Below, one piece after another: positions 1 to 15,675 of a DNA stretch of 64,000 bases (position 1 is the first letter of the stretch; every line of letters starts with the position of its first letter). A model generated the notes under the pieces. That model had not been told where the DNA came from. It saw only the letters and a list, made by a program, of their open reading frames with translations, and searched no databases. Source of the DNA: Eledone cirrhosa (taxonomy: Eukaryota); NCBI GenBank assembly GCA_964016885.1, contig OZ024741.1, forward strand, positions 113,150,001-113,214,000, read 5' to 3'. A program made the position numbers and the translations under genes.

Positions 1-265
1 TGTCATAGGTTCAAGCACAAACCTATCAGAGAGTGGCCAATACTTGCAGTATTGCTTTGAATTTTGATGAGGCTATTTATGTAATGTTAAGTTGCAAGCC
101 CAATAGAATATTGTATATAATGCTTTGTGTTATTTATTCCATCAATCTGAATTCAAATTCTTCTGAAGTCAATAAGAAAATGATTGTTTTGTACTGGAGT
201 CAATTCTTCCTATTTATCTCTTTCTCACTTCTCTATACCCTCTCTCTCTCTCTATATATATATAT

Positions 266-416
266 ATCATCATCATCATCATCATCATCGTTTAACGTCC
301 CTGTTCCACGCTTGCATGGGTTTGGACGGGGGTTTTCCCACTTGAGGCAAGAGTGGTTGTCTTGCTCGCATAGGACTGTCTGGCGGGTTTTCTACAGCTG
401 GATGCCCTTCCTAACA

Positions 417-418
<2 letters not shown>
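266..418 (-). mobile_element. 3' tail fragment of RTE LINE (family A, (GAT)n tail)
   Basis: Near-identical to 8398-8550 and 34801-34907; (CAT)n on + strand is the (GAT)n tail; flanked by (TA)n. Confidence 0.8.
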
Positions 419-452
<34 letters not shown>

Positions 453-1193
453 TATAAATATATATCTTTCTGTGGAAAAAATTGACTGATTTGAATTGGA
501 GAGGTGAAGGGTTCTTCCATGTTTAAAATGTCCAAGTTTGTCATTACAGTACCCCTATAAATGCCAGGAGTTATGGGTCTATACACCGACATATATGTAA
601 TGTCACTATGAGATATCAGCAAATAACATGAGGTCTTGGATTTTTAGTGAATTGCAGATCTTAGTTGAATGTACTGTATGACTATTGTCTTGATGAATAT
701 AGAAAATGTGTATTTCATTGTTATGGCTCCATTGAAGTATGTTTTTTGAAATCTCTGCTTGTCGAAGAAAAGCATATCTGGTGTGGGATGCCATATTAGT
801 ATACAGATGATTGGATTTGCTTAAGCTTTTAAGCTCTCATGATTACAGAAGTTGTAGTTGGCTGCCATTTCAAGCAGGTTAAATGTCTCCATAAAGGTTC
901 CTTAATTGGCTAATTACGGGAAGACTATGACATCATAATGGTAAGAGAGATACATCAACCCATTCCCTACAATATTTTTAATGATTGTCTATGATTTTCA
1001 AATTATTTTGAAAATAATCAAACCTTTATAGAGACTATATAACTACTTTGTCATTATCAAGCTGTTGTTTGGTACATAACTTAAGTAAGCTTCTTACATA
1101 AAATTATGATGGAAGGTTTGGGGATTAATAAAAGAGCTTAGTATCATAGAACCAGGGGCAGTTATTCACATGCATATATATTAATATATACAA

Positions 1194-1791
1194 CTAGACC
1201 ACTCGTGACCTGTTGGGTCATGTTCACTTCAACATATTTTTTAAAAATCATGTTCACTTAAAAATAATTTTTAAATAATTAAAATATACACAGGCATGCA
1301 TATAATGTGAAATGAAATTGGAAGGTGCATATATATATATACGGGTGTGTATGTATATATTTGTAAATGTGTGTGTGTGAATACATATATATATGTGTGT
1401 GTGTATATATATATGTGGGTGTCTGTGATCTACATACACTGGTCATAGACACACACACACATATATACACACACACACTCACATATATATGTACACAACA
1501 ACACCACTAGCTCCTTCTCTCTATGTCTCTCTTTCAATATACTCTCTCACAACCACTATCTCTTTCTCTCTATCCTTCTCCCTCTCTGTTTATGAAGGTA
1601 CCCAGAAAACCCCATATCTCGGGAACTCGTGCTTCGATTACACAGAACTTGTTTATTCCATTTGTATTCCCATTTCAGGGGCAACTTCCTTTCAAAGTAT
1701 TTCCCATTATGTGCTCTTTTGGTTGTATTACATTACAGACAAGCAAGCAAGCAAGCAAGCAATCACAGACTTTTAGTAATTTATAGATAGA
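1194..1791 (-). mobile_element. Non-autonomous Helitron
   Basis: Minus strand begins A|TCTATCTATAAA...GTCTGTG and ends with hairpin ATGACC-CAACA-GGTCAC, 7 nt, then CTAG|T; no TSD. Confidence 0.65.
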
Positions 1792-1811
1792 TACGTATAT
1801 ATGTATTTAAG

Positions 1812-2060
1812 GTCACTCTTCGGTGCAACTGGTAACATATAACTTAGTACAACCTATGCATGGTCAGGTCACCGGCAACTAAACCAGCTTGATGAGAAGG
1901 GTGAAAAACAAAACCCTTCGAAGGGCAGAGAAATTCAGGAGAGACAATGGCCACCCAATAAAGTTTTTTTTTTTGTGGAATGAGTGGCTCCTAGTCTTCA
2001 TTAAGACATCTCTTTAGTAGAAGGTTACTCTGATATAAAACCCGTGACTTCGTTTGCATC
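1812..2060 (+). mobile_element. Degraded copy of the non-autonomous repeat at 17565-18168
   Basis: GGTGCAACTGGTAACAT...GTACAACC...CTAAAC...AAACAAAACC...AGAAGG..ACTCTGATATAA is collinear with 17575-17822. Confidence 0.55.
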
Positions 2061-2344
2061 CAATGATGTAGACAAGTTCTTCTTTTTGGATAAATGCATT
2101 TGATGTTCAGATTCCTCACTTAAAAAAGCATCAAGCACAGGCATCGTTTGATATGTGACACTTTATGCAATGCATGGTTGGTATTGCTGGCCATAGGCAA
2201 GTCCCTAGCAGGAATAAAATGCCACGTCCATTATGCTCATTCTTAAGTATCAAGCAATGGCATTACTTGAAATTGAGTTGCAGTCATCTTGTATGTGTGT
2301 ATGTTGGTAGGTATGTATGTAAGTATGTGTGTCTGTATATATAA

Positions 2345-2560
2345 GAGGAAACAGATAAAGTGTGCAAGAGAGAATACTCCACTGGTATGGATGCTTATGG
2401 ATGAAGTGTCAAGAAATCTTAGTGAAGCCTCAGTAGAGGAAAACCAAGGAAGACCTGGGTGGAGGGGTTGAAATTGCTGAAGCGCACCAAGGAGATGGTG
2501 AAAGAGCTTGATGAGTGGAGAGATGCTGTCCTGAAAAAAAACTTCGAACCCATGCAAGCA
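2345..2560 (+). pseudogene. Degraded RTE ORF C-terminus
   Basis: Remnants of W.G..MDE, VEENQGRP and WRDAVLKK motifs typical of RTE C-termini. Confidence 0.5.
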
Positions 2561-2581
2561 GAGAACACTATACATAAAATG

Positions 2582-2770
2582 ATAATTGTTTCTACTTTAG
2601 GCACAAGGCCAGAAATTACTCAGTGCATTACTGGTACTTTATTTTATCGACCCCGTAAGGATGAAAGGCAAAGTCAACCTCGGCGGGATTTGAACTCAGA
2701 TGGTAAAGGGACGTAACTACGCTGGAAAGCATGGCATCCGACCCTCTACTGATACTGCCAATCCACCGCC
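2582..2770 (-). mobile_element. tRNA-derived SINE (family S1)
   Basis: Minus strand GGCGGTGGATTGGC... with B-box GAGTTCAAATCC, central CTTTGCCTTTCATCCTTACGGGGTCGATAAAA and tail GTAGAAACAATTAT; at least 6 copies in window. Confidence 0.85.
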
Positions 2771-3084
2771 CATACATAAAATGATAATGATATATATATT
2801 GAAGGCATTTGTGATTTGATGGAGTTTATTCTCTTAAACCATTAATGGTATATTGATTTTTATTACATTATCATCTTTCTTTGAGATATTTAAATTTGGT
2901 TTATGTTTATTTCTTGGTTATGGTTTCCAGGTTTTGTTGACAGGTTTGGTTGATTTGCTTCTGGTGGACGTTAAAAGTTATGTTGTGTGACTGAGTGAAT
3001 GTATGTGTGGTGATTCTTGGTGAGTTTGGATTTGGGGATATTCATTTACTATTATTTTGTTGTTAGCTGGGATTGTGATAGAAC

Positions 3085-4579
<1,495 letters not shown>

Positions 4580-4594
4580 ATATATATATATATA

Positions 4595-4672
<78 letters not shown>

Positions 4673-4696
4673 GTATATATATATGTATATATAATG

Positions 4697-4876
4697 AAGG
4701 TAAGTAACCAGATGGACCATAACGCACCAAAGTACTCGATACTGGGTAGTAGAATGGGTAATAGGAAAAGAGTCAGGACCCCGACAGCAAAGCTCCAGCC
4801 ATTTCGACAGCTAAGTCTGAACCCTAGCTGTTGAAATAGTCAGAACTCAGCCATCGAGGTCCTGACTCTTTTCCTG
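4697..4876. repeat. Short fold-back element between microsatellite tracts; related diverged copy at 4960-5100
   Basis: AGGAAAAGAGTCAGGACC...CAGCTA / TAGCTG...GGTCCTGACTCTTTTCCT imperfect inverted repeat; GACCATAACGCACCAAAGTACTC shared with 4989-5010. Confidence 0.7.
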
Positions 4877-4893
4877 TATATATATGTATATGT

Positions 4894-4959
<66 letters not shown>

Positions 4960-5199
4960 CGAAGGAAATGTGGTAAGGAACCAGGTGAACCATAACGCAC
5001 CAAAGTACTCAATACTTAAGGTAGTAGAGTGGGTAATAGGAACAAGTAAGACCCCGACGGCTGAGCTCAAGCCGTTTCGACGGCTAATTCTGGACTGGAA
5101 TATATATATATATATATATGAATGTATATATAGTGTATTTTGCAATACAATGTATGCTTAATTAAAAGCATTTCTAAGACTTTACGCTATTGTTTTAGA

Positions 5200-8040
5200 G
5201 TAATGACAGTGTCACCATCTTTACAATGGCCTACTTCTGTTGCAGATGTGCACTGAGATGAATCTTGTTGGGAACACGCTCTTTCAGCAGAAAGACAAAT
5301 ATAAGACAACTTTGATGTGTCCAGGTTCCAAGAAGTGGCACCTTATTGACTTCGTTTTAACGAGAAAACGTGATATCAGGGATATCACATTGGTTCGTGT
5401 ATTGCGAGGCGCGGACTCTTGGACTGATCATCACCTGGTGCGCACCAAATTTCAATTTGTTGTGAAGCCCAAAGTAAGGGGGAAGAAGGTTGCACTTCCA
5501 AAACAACTAAACGTGGCTCGTCTGAAAACAGAGAAAGTCAGAGCTGAGCTGTCGAAGACCCTTGAGTCCATAGAATGTGAAAACACATGGGAATCATTGA
5601 AGAAAACTATCTATGATGTTAGTGCTGGAGTTTTGGGTCATACTAATAGAAAGCATAAAGACTGGTTCAATGAAAATGATGCAGTGATCCAGACCTTGTT
5701 TGAAGAGAAACAAAAAGTGCTGACATCATAGTTGCATGAGACACGTTCTGACAGGAGTGACCGGACCTTCAGGCAGATCAAGGCATGTGTGCAACATCGA
5801 TTGAGAGCCATGCAGAATACCTGGTGGAGCCAAAAGGCTGATGAAATACAGAAGGCCTCAGATAGACATGATACAAAGCTCCTATACAGTCTGCTCAGGG
5901 AGGGCTATGGTCCGACCGGTTCACAAATATCACCAATTCGCTCCAGGGATGGCAAGGAATTGCTCAGAGATCCGAAGGAAATCCTGATCAGGTGGCAAGA
6001 CCACTTTGATGAGCTTCTCAACAGACCATCAGAAATTGATGATGAGTTCATCCAGCCGATTCCATCCAGACCTACAAAGCTGTCAATGACTGATCCTCCT
6101 TCATTTGATGAGGTGGCGAAGGCCATTGCCAAATTAAACAGTGGCAAGTCACTGGATGGACTGAGTGCCGAGATTTTCAAGTGTGCTGGTGATAACTTCT
6201 TAAACTGCCTCACTGAGCTCGTTGTGAATGTTTTGAATGAAGAAGATATGCCACAGGATTGGAAAGATGCATTGATGGTGGTACTTTACAAACGAAAGGG
6301 AGCCAAAGATGACTGTGGCAACTACAGAGGTATTTCACTGCTATCTGTGGCTGGGAAGATCTTGTGAAGGATATTGTTGGACATATTGATACAGCACATT
6401 GCTGTTGTGGTACTTCCTGAGTCCCAATGTGGCTTTAGGAATGGCAGAGGCACTGTTGACATGATTTTCTCAGCCAAACAACTTCAAGAGAAATGCATTG
6501 AGCAGCGCATGGACTTATACCAAGTTTTTGTCGATCTGACTAAGGCATTTGCCACCGTTAATGGGGAAGGCTTTGTGGGTTATTTTGGAGAGATTGTGAA
6601 AAGTTTGTGAACATTCTGAAACTCTTCCACAATGACATGCAGCCATAGGTGAATGCTGGAGGTAAACTGTCTGAGCCAATCTCGGTTGAAAATGGTGTCA
6701 AGCAGGGTGATATACCTGCACCAACTTTGTTTGCCTTGTATTTCGCAATGGTGTTCTTCATGGCCTGAAAGGATTGACAACATGGTATCTATCTCAGATA
6801 TCGCACTTCCGGCAAGCTGTTTAACCATAGGCATTTCACTGCCAACCCTAAGTTACTGAGTACCTTGATCAGAGAATTTTCATATGCAGATGATTGTGAT
6901 CTCTTTGCACACTCCCTGAGTGACATGCAACACCTTATGGATTCTTTTTCCGATGCGTGCAGTGCTTTGGGGCTGACAATCCGTCTGAAGAAGACTGTCG
7001 TTATGTACCAACCTGCTCCAGATAAAGTTTTCAATGAACCCTCCATATACGTATACAGTCAAAAGCTGAAGGCTGTTGACACATTTGTCTATTTGGAGGG
7101 AGGAGTACTCTGAGTGTGGCCTACTCTCTGGATGCAGAAGTTGGTCTACGTGTTAGTAAGGCAAGTGAGTCATTTGGAAGGCTCAACGACCGTCTTTGGT
7201 GCAGGCGAGGAATCACAATGAGGACCAAGATGAGAGTGTATGCTGCATGTGTACTGTCAGCTTTGCTGTATGCATGTGAGACATGGGTTGTCTACAAATG
7301 GCATATCCACGGACTGGAACGGTTTCACTAGCAGTGTCTCAGAAAGATGCTCGGTATCAAGTGGCAGATGCATATAAGTGAAGTTGAGGTCCTTCTGAGA
7401 AGTGAGTGTCGGAGCATTGAGAGTATCATCCACCAACGGCGTTTGCGATGGACCGGACACCACTGCAAAATGGAGGATGATCAAATCCCAAAGCAACTCT
7501 TGTATGGCGAGCTTTGTGAAGGTAAGAGACCACCTCACAAGCCAAAGATCTGATTCAAGGATTGTGTAAAGGACTCATTGAAAAAAACTGGTTTGATGAT
7601 GGCTGACTGGGAGATAGAAGCTCTTGAAAGAGAAACTTGGCGTGGAATAGTGAAGGATGCGGTCCATAATTTTGAGGAGAAGACACATAGAACATGAGAA
7701 GATCAAACGGGATGTGCGTAGGCAATGCCCTGGTGTATCTCTCGAAACGATCGGTGTCTCCATTGAATTGAAGTGCCCTGAGTGTGGAAAAATTTGCTTG
7801 AGCAAATCTGGTCTCAGGAGCCACATTCGCAGCCATGTTCAAAGAGAACCAGTGAACTATGATCTCCACAGTGTTGTTCATGGGCAACCTGATGCAGGAC
7901 CTCAAGCCAGGGAGATCCATAGTTGTTGTCAGTGTGCGAAGGAGTGCAAGTCTCTAGCAGGCTTGAAAAGCCATATCCGAGCATCACACGTCTGAATCTG
8001 ACAAGCGATTGCAATACTCTTGGCAGAGTTTACAGCCATC

Positions 8041-8042
<2 letters not shown>
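5200..8042 (+). mobile_element. 5'-truncated degenerate RTE (BovB-like) LINE: APE endonuclease, RT and two C-terminal C2H2 fingers
   Basis: WHLIDFVL..TDHHLV (APE); [20 protein letters not shown] (RT); CPECGK..H..H and CCQCAK..H...H; many stops and frameshifts. Confidence 0.9.
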
Positions 8043-8091
<49 letters not shown>

Positions 8092-8122
8092 AATATGTAT
8101 ATATATATATATATATATATAA

Positions 8123-8163
<41 letters not shown>

Positions 8164-8397
8164 TGTATATTATATATATATATATATATATATGAATATA
8201 TATATGTGAATATATATATATGTGTATATATATATATATGTGTGTGAATATATATATGTGTGTATACATATATGTATATATATATATGTGTGTATATATA
8301 TATATATGTGTGTATATATAAATATATATATATGTGTGTATATATATGTATATATATATATATGTATACATGTATATATATTATATATATATTTGTA

Positions 8398-9453
8398 TCA
8401 TCATCATCATCATCAACGTTTAACGTCCGTGTTCCACGCTTGCATGGGTTTGGACGGGGGTAGTCCCACTTGAGGCAAGAGTGATTGTCTTGCTCGCATA
8501 GGACTGTCTGGCAGGTTTTCTACAGTTGGATGCCCTTCCTAACACCAACCACATTTACAGTGTGGGTCTGGGAGGTTTTTACCGTGTTGCCTACACGGCC
8601 ACATTACAGCGTGGACTGTGTGTTTTTTTGTCGTGACACCTACACGATCTCATTTGTTTCGGCCTGGATGGCGCGGCACCAACATAACTTTACATAGAAC
8701 GGGGTGGTGTGGATGGGGTGGGGGTGGTGGCGGGACGGGGTGTATTTTGTTAGAGATGCCTACTGGCAAGGCGGGTCTTCTCTGTTACTGAGTACCGCCA
8801 AAGGTCACGGTCCAGTGACATTGTCTTGGAGAGGTGTAAGTGTGTGAGGTCGGAGTTTATCAGCTCATCCCATGTTTTTCTAGGTCTGCCTATTCCGTGG
8901 CTACCGTCTATCTTTATTGCCCTGCACTTTGTAATACAGCTATCGACTTTCATGCGCATCACGTGTCCATACCAACGCAGCCTTCTCTCGAGTAAACAAC
9001 ATCTGATCCCTCTTATCTCTAATTTTTTCCTTAGTTCGTTTATGCTTTGCCGTTCACGTATATTACTGTTACACATCCAGCGGAGCATGCAAGCTTCGTT
9101 CCTCTCTAGTCTGCGTATATCCTCTGCACACAATGCCCAGGTCTCACTACCATGCAACATTGCTGTTCGTATGCAGGCATCGTACAACCTGCCTTTCATT
9201 TTTAGGGAGAACCCTTTAGCAGCTAATAGTGGTATAAGCTCTCTGAACTTTTTCCAACCAGTTCTGACTCTAGCTACAGTACTTTCAGAGCACCCTCCCC
9301 CACTGCTGATTTTATCGCCCAGGTAACGGAAGCTGTCCACTATTTCTATAGAACCCTCTGCGCAATTGAAAGAGCTAGTATTTTGTGGGCACTTGCTGCT
9401 ACTTATTGCACCAGAACACCGGCCACATGTAAAGTCTATGTTCTTAGTTAAGA
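8398..9453 (-). mobile_element. 5'-truncated RTE LINE (family A)
   Basis: ORF 8750-9340 is near-identical in protein to 3590-4160; same 3' UTR and (GAT)n tail. Confidence 0.9.
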
Positions 9454-9475
9454 CGTATATATATATATATGTATG

Positions 9476-12310
9476 TAACTTATAACTTTGATAGATTTCG
9501 GCCAGTATTGGCCCAGGCCATGTCTAACTTAATAGCACCACCTGGCGAAGTCTTACATATCAGTGTTTGGGCACCATGGCTCCCTCAAGCAGAAAGTTAT
9601 TGTTTACGGAGGCATATCTGGGTCTAGGAGGCTTATCCGGGATTTCTTGAAGGAATTTATCCAAAGACTTCTTGAACTTGATGGGGTCTGTCTCTGCTTT
9701 GATGTGTTTTGGTGTAATGTTAAAGAGAGCAGAGCCAATTGAGGTGAGATAATTGTGCCGTATTGTTGTTATGTGATGCGAGTGAGATTTTTGTCGTGGG
9801 CGGATAGCACGGGCCCAAGCTTTGGGTGTACATTAAAGGTGATGCCAACATCATTTGGGCAAAGCTGATGGAATATTTTCCACATCATGCAGATAATGTA
9901 GCGCTCACGGCAACGTTGGAGAGAATAAAGTTTGAGCTTTTCTAATCGACTCCAATAGTCAAGGCCTGTCATGCCATCTATCTTTTTTATAATTGACCTT
10001 TGGGGTGCTTCAAATTTCATGATACTTTGTTTCGTGTGGGGAGACCACAGTGGACAACAGTATTCAAGGTGGGGTCAGGCAAAACTGGAGAAGAGAAGGA
10101 TAACAGTGTGGATATCTCTCGACTGGAAAGTTCTGAGAATCCAGGAACACATTCTGCGGGCCATATCAACTTTGCTGTTTATATGAGTGGCCCAGCTTAT
10201 GTTGTTGTTCACAATTACTCCCAGGTCTCTGATGTTATATGATGCCACTAGAGTTTCACCCGAAGGAAGGGAGTATGGTAGTTTCAGGGCATCCTTTTTT
10301 CCAAAGTGGATTAATTCAAACTTATCCTCATTCAACAGCATATTATTCTTTTCTGCCCATTGGATAACAGCCAGTAAGTCTGACTGAAGGCAAGTCCGGT
10401 CACCCACCTCTTCATGACCCTTTGGAGCTTGGAATCTGCGAAGATTCTTATGTTGTGCTTGATGATGTCAGTAATGTCATTAATGTAGATGATGAAAAGA
10501 AGTGGGCCCAACACAGTGCCTTGTGGGACGCCACTGCTGACTTTGGCAGGGCTTGATTTTACTCCTTCGACTACAACATGCTGGGTTATGTCTGTAACCA
10601 CTGTAGTAACCTTCCAGAGACACCAACATTGGATAGTTTTTTCAGTAGAATCTTAGGCCTTGCTGAAATCAAGCTAGATGACATCAGTGTTGGAGCCCTC
10701 TCAAAACATCATCAAAGTAATGCAGGAGCTGCGTTAGGCAGTCCCTTCCATTACAGAACCCATTTTGGTTGTAGTTCAGCAGGCCGTTGCTTTCAAGAAA
10801 GTGGGTTATTCGTGATCTCACCACCCTCTCAAATACCTTGATAATATGAGAGGTGAGTGAGATCAGGCGGTAGTTCACCGCAATGGACTTATTTCCCTTT
10901 TTGAAGACTGGAACAACGGACTGAGACAGAAGGTTTTCAGGAATACAGCCAGTGTCCAGTGAGTCCTTCCACAGATTAGCAAGAGGAGATGCAAGTTGGT
11001 GTCGACACACCTTCAGGATCCAAGCAGGGAACCTGTCGGGGCCTACTTCTGAATTGTGTTTAATTTTGTTTATTGCTACTAAGACATCAGGGGCGCCAAA
11101 CGTTATGTCTGATATAGTGTGTTGGGGATTAACATCACTGATACGGCCCAGATCGGCCATATCAGGATTGCTGAAAACAGAGCAGTATTATTTCTGCAGT
11201 ATCTCGCCCATGGTTTTGGCATTGTCTTGGAGTGTGCCATTTTCATCAACTAGAGTGCTAACAGTGGAGACGGTGACATTGTGTTTTTTTTTGCAAATGA
11301 AAAGAACACTTTGGGGTTGAGTTTGATTTCCTCAATGGCCCACCTCTCTTCAGCTAATCTCTGGTTATTGATGATGGTCATCATGCATCGCTGGAGGTTA
11401 TATTTGTTTTACCCAAGCAGGGCGATAGCCATCGAATGTGTGTGTTGCTGTTGACAGTATATTAGTGTGTTAATTTTTTTGTTTGTTATTTTTATTTTTC
11501 TGATAATTGTTTTTCTGTTTTGGGGGATACTGCACTTGGTTTTGTTCACAGGTTTTGGTGGGGTGTGTTTTGTACATATATTTATGACAGTGTCTACAAA
11601 GATCTGCCAAGATGTTTTGATGTTGGTGGAAATGTGTGCATGTGTAAAAGACCAGTCAACATGTGATAGTTCGTTCATAATTGCATCCCAGTTGGCATTG
11701 TAGAGATCCATGTTATCAAATGGGTGGGCTGGAAAGAAGACCCTGGGATTAGCTTTCGGCTGGTGGAATCTCAGATTACAAAGAACCATGTCATGGTCTG
11801 AGAGAAGGGTTTTTTTCCACTGTAATATTATGGATAGTGTTAGTGTGGTTACTAAACACTAGATCCAGGATGTTCTTCTGATGCCTTGTTGGTGCAAGGA
11901 CAATTTGGGACAAAAAAAACTCATTCATGAGGTCAAGAAGTGACTCGACAACTTCTTTGTCAGTGGTTGAGGTTGGGGTGTCTGGTTTCAAACTACATGT
12001 AGACCAATCGACACAGAGTAGATTAAAGTCTCCCATCAAAAGTATGATTCTACAATGGCACTGTTTAATAAAGCCTTTAATGCTGTTGAGGCATTCTTTG
12101 AAGCAGATTATGGGTGTTTGTGGTGGCCTATAGAGCCCAACTAATGTCAGGTCATTGGCTTTATTGTGCACAGTGACTGATTCACGGTATCCATTGGAGA
12201 ATGTTGTGTTACCATCTGCCGTAAAGGAATCATGTAGGAAAATAGCAGTTCCACCCTTCCTTCTGCCAACACGATCCGCATGGATGGTTGTGAAATTCCT
12301 CACTCTTACT
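9476..12310 (-). mobile_element. Degenerate CR1/L2-group LINE (APE + RT) with internal deletions
   Basis: LYRPP, MGDFN, LDLVF (APE); NYRLISLTS, SGVPQGTVLGPLLFIIYINDI, FAD, DLGVIV (RT); LYSLQR.RER C-terminus. Confidence 0.85.
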
Positions 12311-12345
12311 ATATATATATATTATATATATATATTTGTATATAT

Positions 12346-12456
<111 letters not shown>

Positions 12457-12512
12457 GAGAGAGAGAGAGATGTAAATATGTATATGTATGTACATATATA
12501 TATGTATATATG

Positions 12513-12579
<67 letters not shown>

Positions 12580-12587
<8 letters not shown>

Positions 12588-13954
12588 CTGAAGTTTTCTG
12601 TATGTATATGTATGTGTGTCGACAATTTTTAATGAGGGCTCATATATTCTAAACCATTCATACGATTTCTTTGAAATTTTTTACAGAGCTTCTCCTTGCA
12701 CGAAACCTGTACATGATCTACAAAGGCTTTCAAAAATCGATATTGGGGCCTTTGGAGACATTAAAAAGGTTTCGGTTATTTGTGTGAATTTTCGTGATTA
12801 AGTAAGACAAGAGTTATCTTTCGTAATTCGGCTCATTCGGATTTTAATTTACTCTTTCTACTTGAAACAAAGAGAATAACAATATCATTTTGTATATTTC
12901 ACAACCAGCAATTTCTAACAGATTACTAAGTTAAGTTATGAGAAAAAATTAATATAAAACCACAGCGGGTAAAGTAATGTATGATTTCCATTATGAAAAA
13001 ACAGTACATGTGAAGTTTGAATTTTGCACAGAGCAACTAATTACAATGTTAATCGTATTATAAATTAAAACAGCTTGCAATTGAAAACGGAAATGCTGAG
13101 TTAAGAAATGACAGATTCGTCATATTTTAACTTATTTTCAATATCAAATTTCCAGACTGGATTTTGTTCTGGACAATTTTATTTCATTTTGATTTTTTTT
13201 CTCCTATTCTTTGATTTATGTATTTTCTGCATTTATGCGAAATCCATTGTTTTGAAATTAATTTAAACTATATAATACGAATATCTCAGACATTAATACT
13301 CTAACATAAAACCATACATGTATGCATTGCATAACCTAATACAAAGGTTAAAACATGTGCCATGCCATGCTATGGGCCTTAGCTCATGTTGGAGAAGTAG
13401 GGGCATTTAAACCTGCAACCACACACACACACACACACATACAGACATATTTACTTGACGTTGTCTAAATTCCAATGAGGTTATTACACTCTTTCCAAAT
13501 GTAAAATAAAATAGAAATGAAATTTCAATCCCATTTAAGATATTGTATAATTTATCGTTTCAATGTTGATGTTCATACATTAACTGATGTCAGAACTTTT
13601 ACAATATTATGCTTAAATTTATCTAAAGGATGGTTTATACATCAAAGACTTAGAATTATTCTATTTTTTCGCATTGATTAGACTACGTTTCTGACACATA
13701 ATTTAGCTATTAACTTACATACCCTGTACATTTCCAACGTTCTACCGCTATATGTACTTCAAATACATTTTAAAATTAATCTTTCTTTTAACATTCGATT
13801 GTGTTATATCGTGTCCACTTTACATGCGATCGCTATTACAAACTGGTCGTCCATCTACGCCATTTTCTTCTATGTATCCAAATTTACTTTCTTTAGTTTA
13901 ATGAGCTACATCGAAAGCTACTTGAACCGTCCAAAGGACAGGTAGTTTAGCTAG
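12580..13954 (+). mobile_element. Non-autonomous Helitron
   Basis: 3' hairpin ACCGTCC-AAA-GGACAGGT then CTAG|T at 13951-13955; 5' TATATAAATCTGAAG..TCTGTATGTAT resembles Helitron heads, exact TC start lost in (TA)n. Confidence 0.6.
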
Positions 13955-14067
13955 TATATATATATATATATATATATACCTATATATATACGTCCGTTTC
14001 TCCCTGCTTGCAAGGGTATATATATGTATATGTATATATATATGTATATATATATATATATGTGTGT

Positions 14068-14101
<34 letters not shown>

Positions 14102-14107
<6 letters not shown>

Positions 14108-14288
14108 GTTTCTACATTAAGCACAAGGCCACCAATTCACCAGTACATTACTGGTACTTTATTTTATCGACCCCGTAAGGATGAAAGGCAAAGTTAACCT
14201 CGGCGGGATTTGAACTCAGACTGTAAAGGGACGTAACTATGCTAGAAAGCATGACGTCCAACCCTCTACCGATACTGCCAATTCACCA
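14102..14288 (-). mobile_element. tRNA-derived SINE (S1)
   Basis: Collinear with 2582-2770. Confidence 0.85.
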
Positions 14289-14441
14289 ATGAGAGGTACA
14301 CAGATATATGTGCATACATACATATACATGTATATATAAACATATATTTTTTCACCAGTATGTGAGATAGTGTGTTGTACAGTAGGGACATTGAAGAAAA
14401 AATAGGTATATATGTGTGTCTATTATTTCTTCTTACTTTAT

Positions 14442-14515
<74 letters not shown>

Positions 14516-14797
14516 TGAAAAGTATAGAAATTAGTGTAGAAAGAAGCCAGCAGTATTCCATAATATATAAGTGACTATAGCGTCAAAATGGAAAAATAAT
14601 TAACGTAAGATATGGGAAAATAATTCAAACTCAATTCAAAAAGAATCAGGATATAGATTCATCCTCAGAATTTGGTGAAATCCAGGGAAAAATCAATAGA
14701 GTCTTAACTCAGAATAAAATAAAGTTTAAAATACTCATCATTCAATTTGGAAAAACTACAATGCTCTGTATGGTCTTAAAGACTATTTCAGGAAACT

Positions 14798-15147
14798 GAC
14801 ATCTGACCTCCCAGCCCGCCTGACTGCCACCCCATGGACTTCTTTGTGTGGGGCGCAGTGGAACGAGATACCAACAGATCTAGCTGCAAAACGAAAGACG
14901 ATCTGAAGGCCAGGATCACAAGTGCTTTAGGGGCCTAAATTGGGGGACTGTGACGAAGGCCTGTAGCCGGTTCCGAGGCCGCCTTGAGGCCGTCATCAAA
15001 GCCAATGACGAGTTTATCGAGTGAGATCGAAAGAACAAGTCATGAAGACAAACTAACCCAAGTCTGATAAATATATCTTTAAAAATAAAACTATACTGTA
15101 TTATGTTTATCTAGACAGTAATCTTGCGAACAAATATCGTCCGCACC

Positions 15148-15150
<3 letters not shown>
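14798..15150 (+). mobile_element. 3' fragment of Tc1/mariner (maT/DD37D-like) DNA transposon
   Basis: Translates *PPSPPDCHPMDFFVWG...RFRGRLEAVIKANDEFIE*; ends in CACCCTG|TA (CAGGGTG-type TIR, TA target). Confidence 0.8.
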
Positions 15151-15193
<43 letters not shown>

Positions 15194-15221
15194 TGTTTAT
15201 TTCCAGGTACCTTATAAATTT

Positions 15222-15675
15222 GACTTTCCGTATTTATTACTGTTGTGCGATATTGTGGTTTTTATTGGTTGTAACTTCTCTGTTTTTTAGCCTAAGAAAA
15301 TATATATATGCCTATGTATATAATTACATGCATACATTTATTTTTTTTAATTAATTGAGTTCTTTACACGAGGAATTGATATTAGTTTTGAAGTAACTAA
15401 TTAACCCGCGTGTGTTTTATATTTTACTCTTAATTCGGCCGAAGATTTACATTCCCATTTGCCCTTTAAAGCATAACTTTCCGTATTTACTACGGTTACG
15501 AGATGCGGTTTCTTATTCAGGTACAACCTCTGATTTAGCCTAAGAAAATATCTATATGCGTGTGTAATTTATACACGCATATATTTATTTTTTTAATTTC
15601 AATTGAGTTCTTAACACGTTCGATTGATAATGTTTTCGAAAAAACTGTTTAACCCGCGTGTATATTACTTTTTTT
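15222..15675. repeat. Diverged tandem duplication, period about 253 bp
   Basis: ACTTTCCGTATTTA...TTAGCCTAAGAAAATAT...ATTGAGTTCTT...TTAACCCGCGTGT occurs twice. Confidence 0.75.

Noticed and set aside
7657-7995. Stand-alone host C2H2 zinc-finger gene
   Set aside because: Contiguous with the RTE ORF C-terminus and tail
14625-14675. CTGAGGA plus hairpin on minus strand; also CTGATGA at 15863 (+) and 34745-34751 (-)
   Set aside because: GAAA/UH arrangement missing
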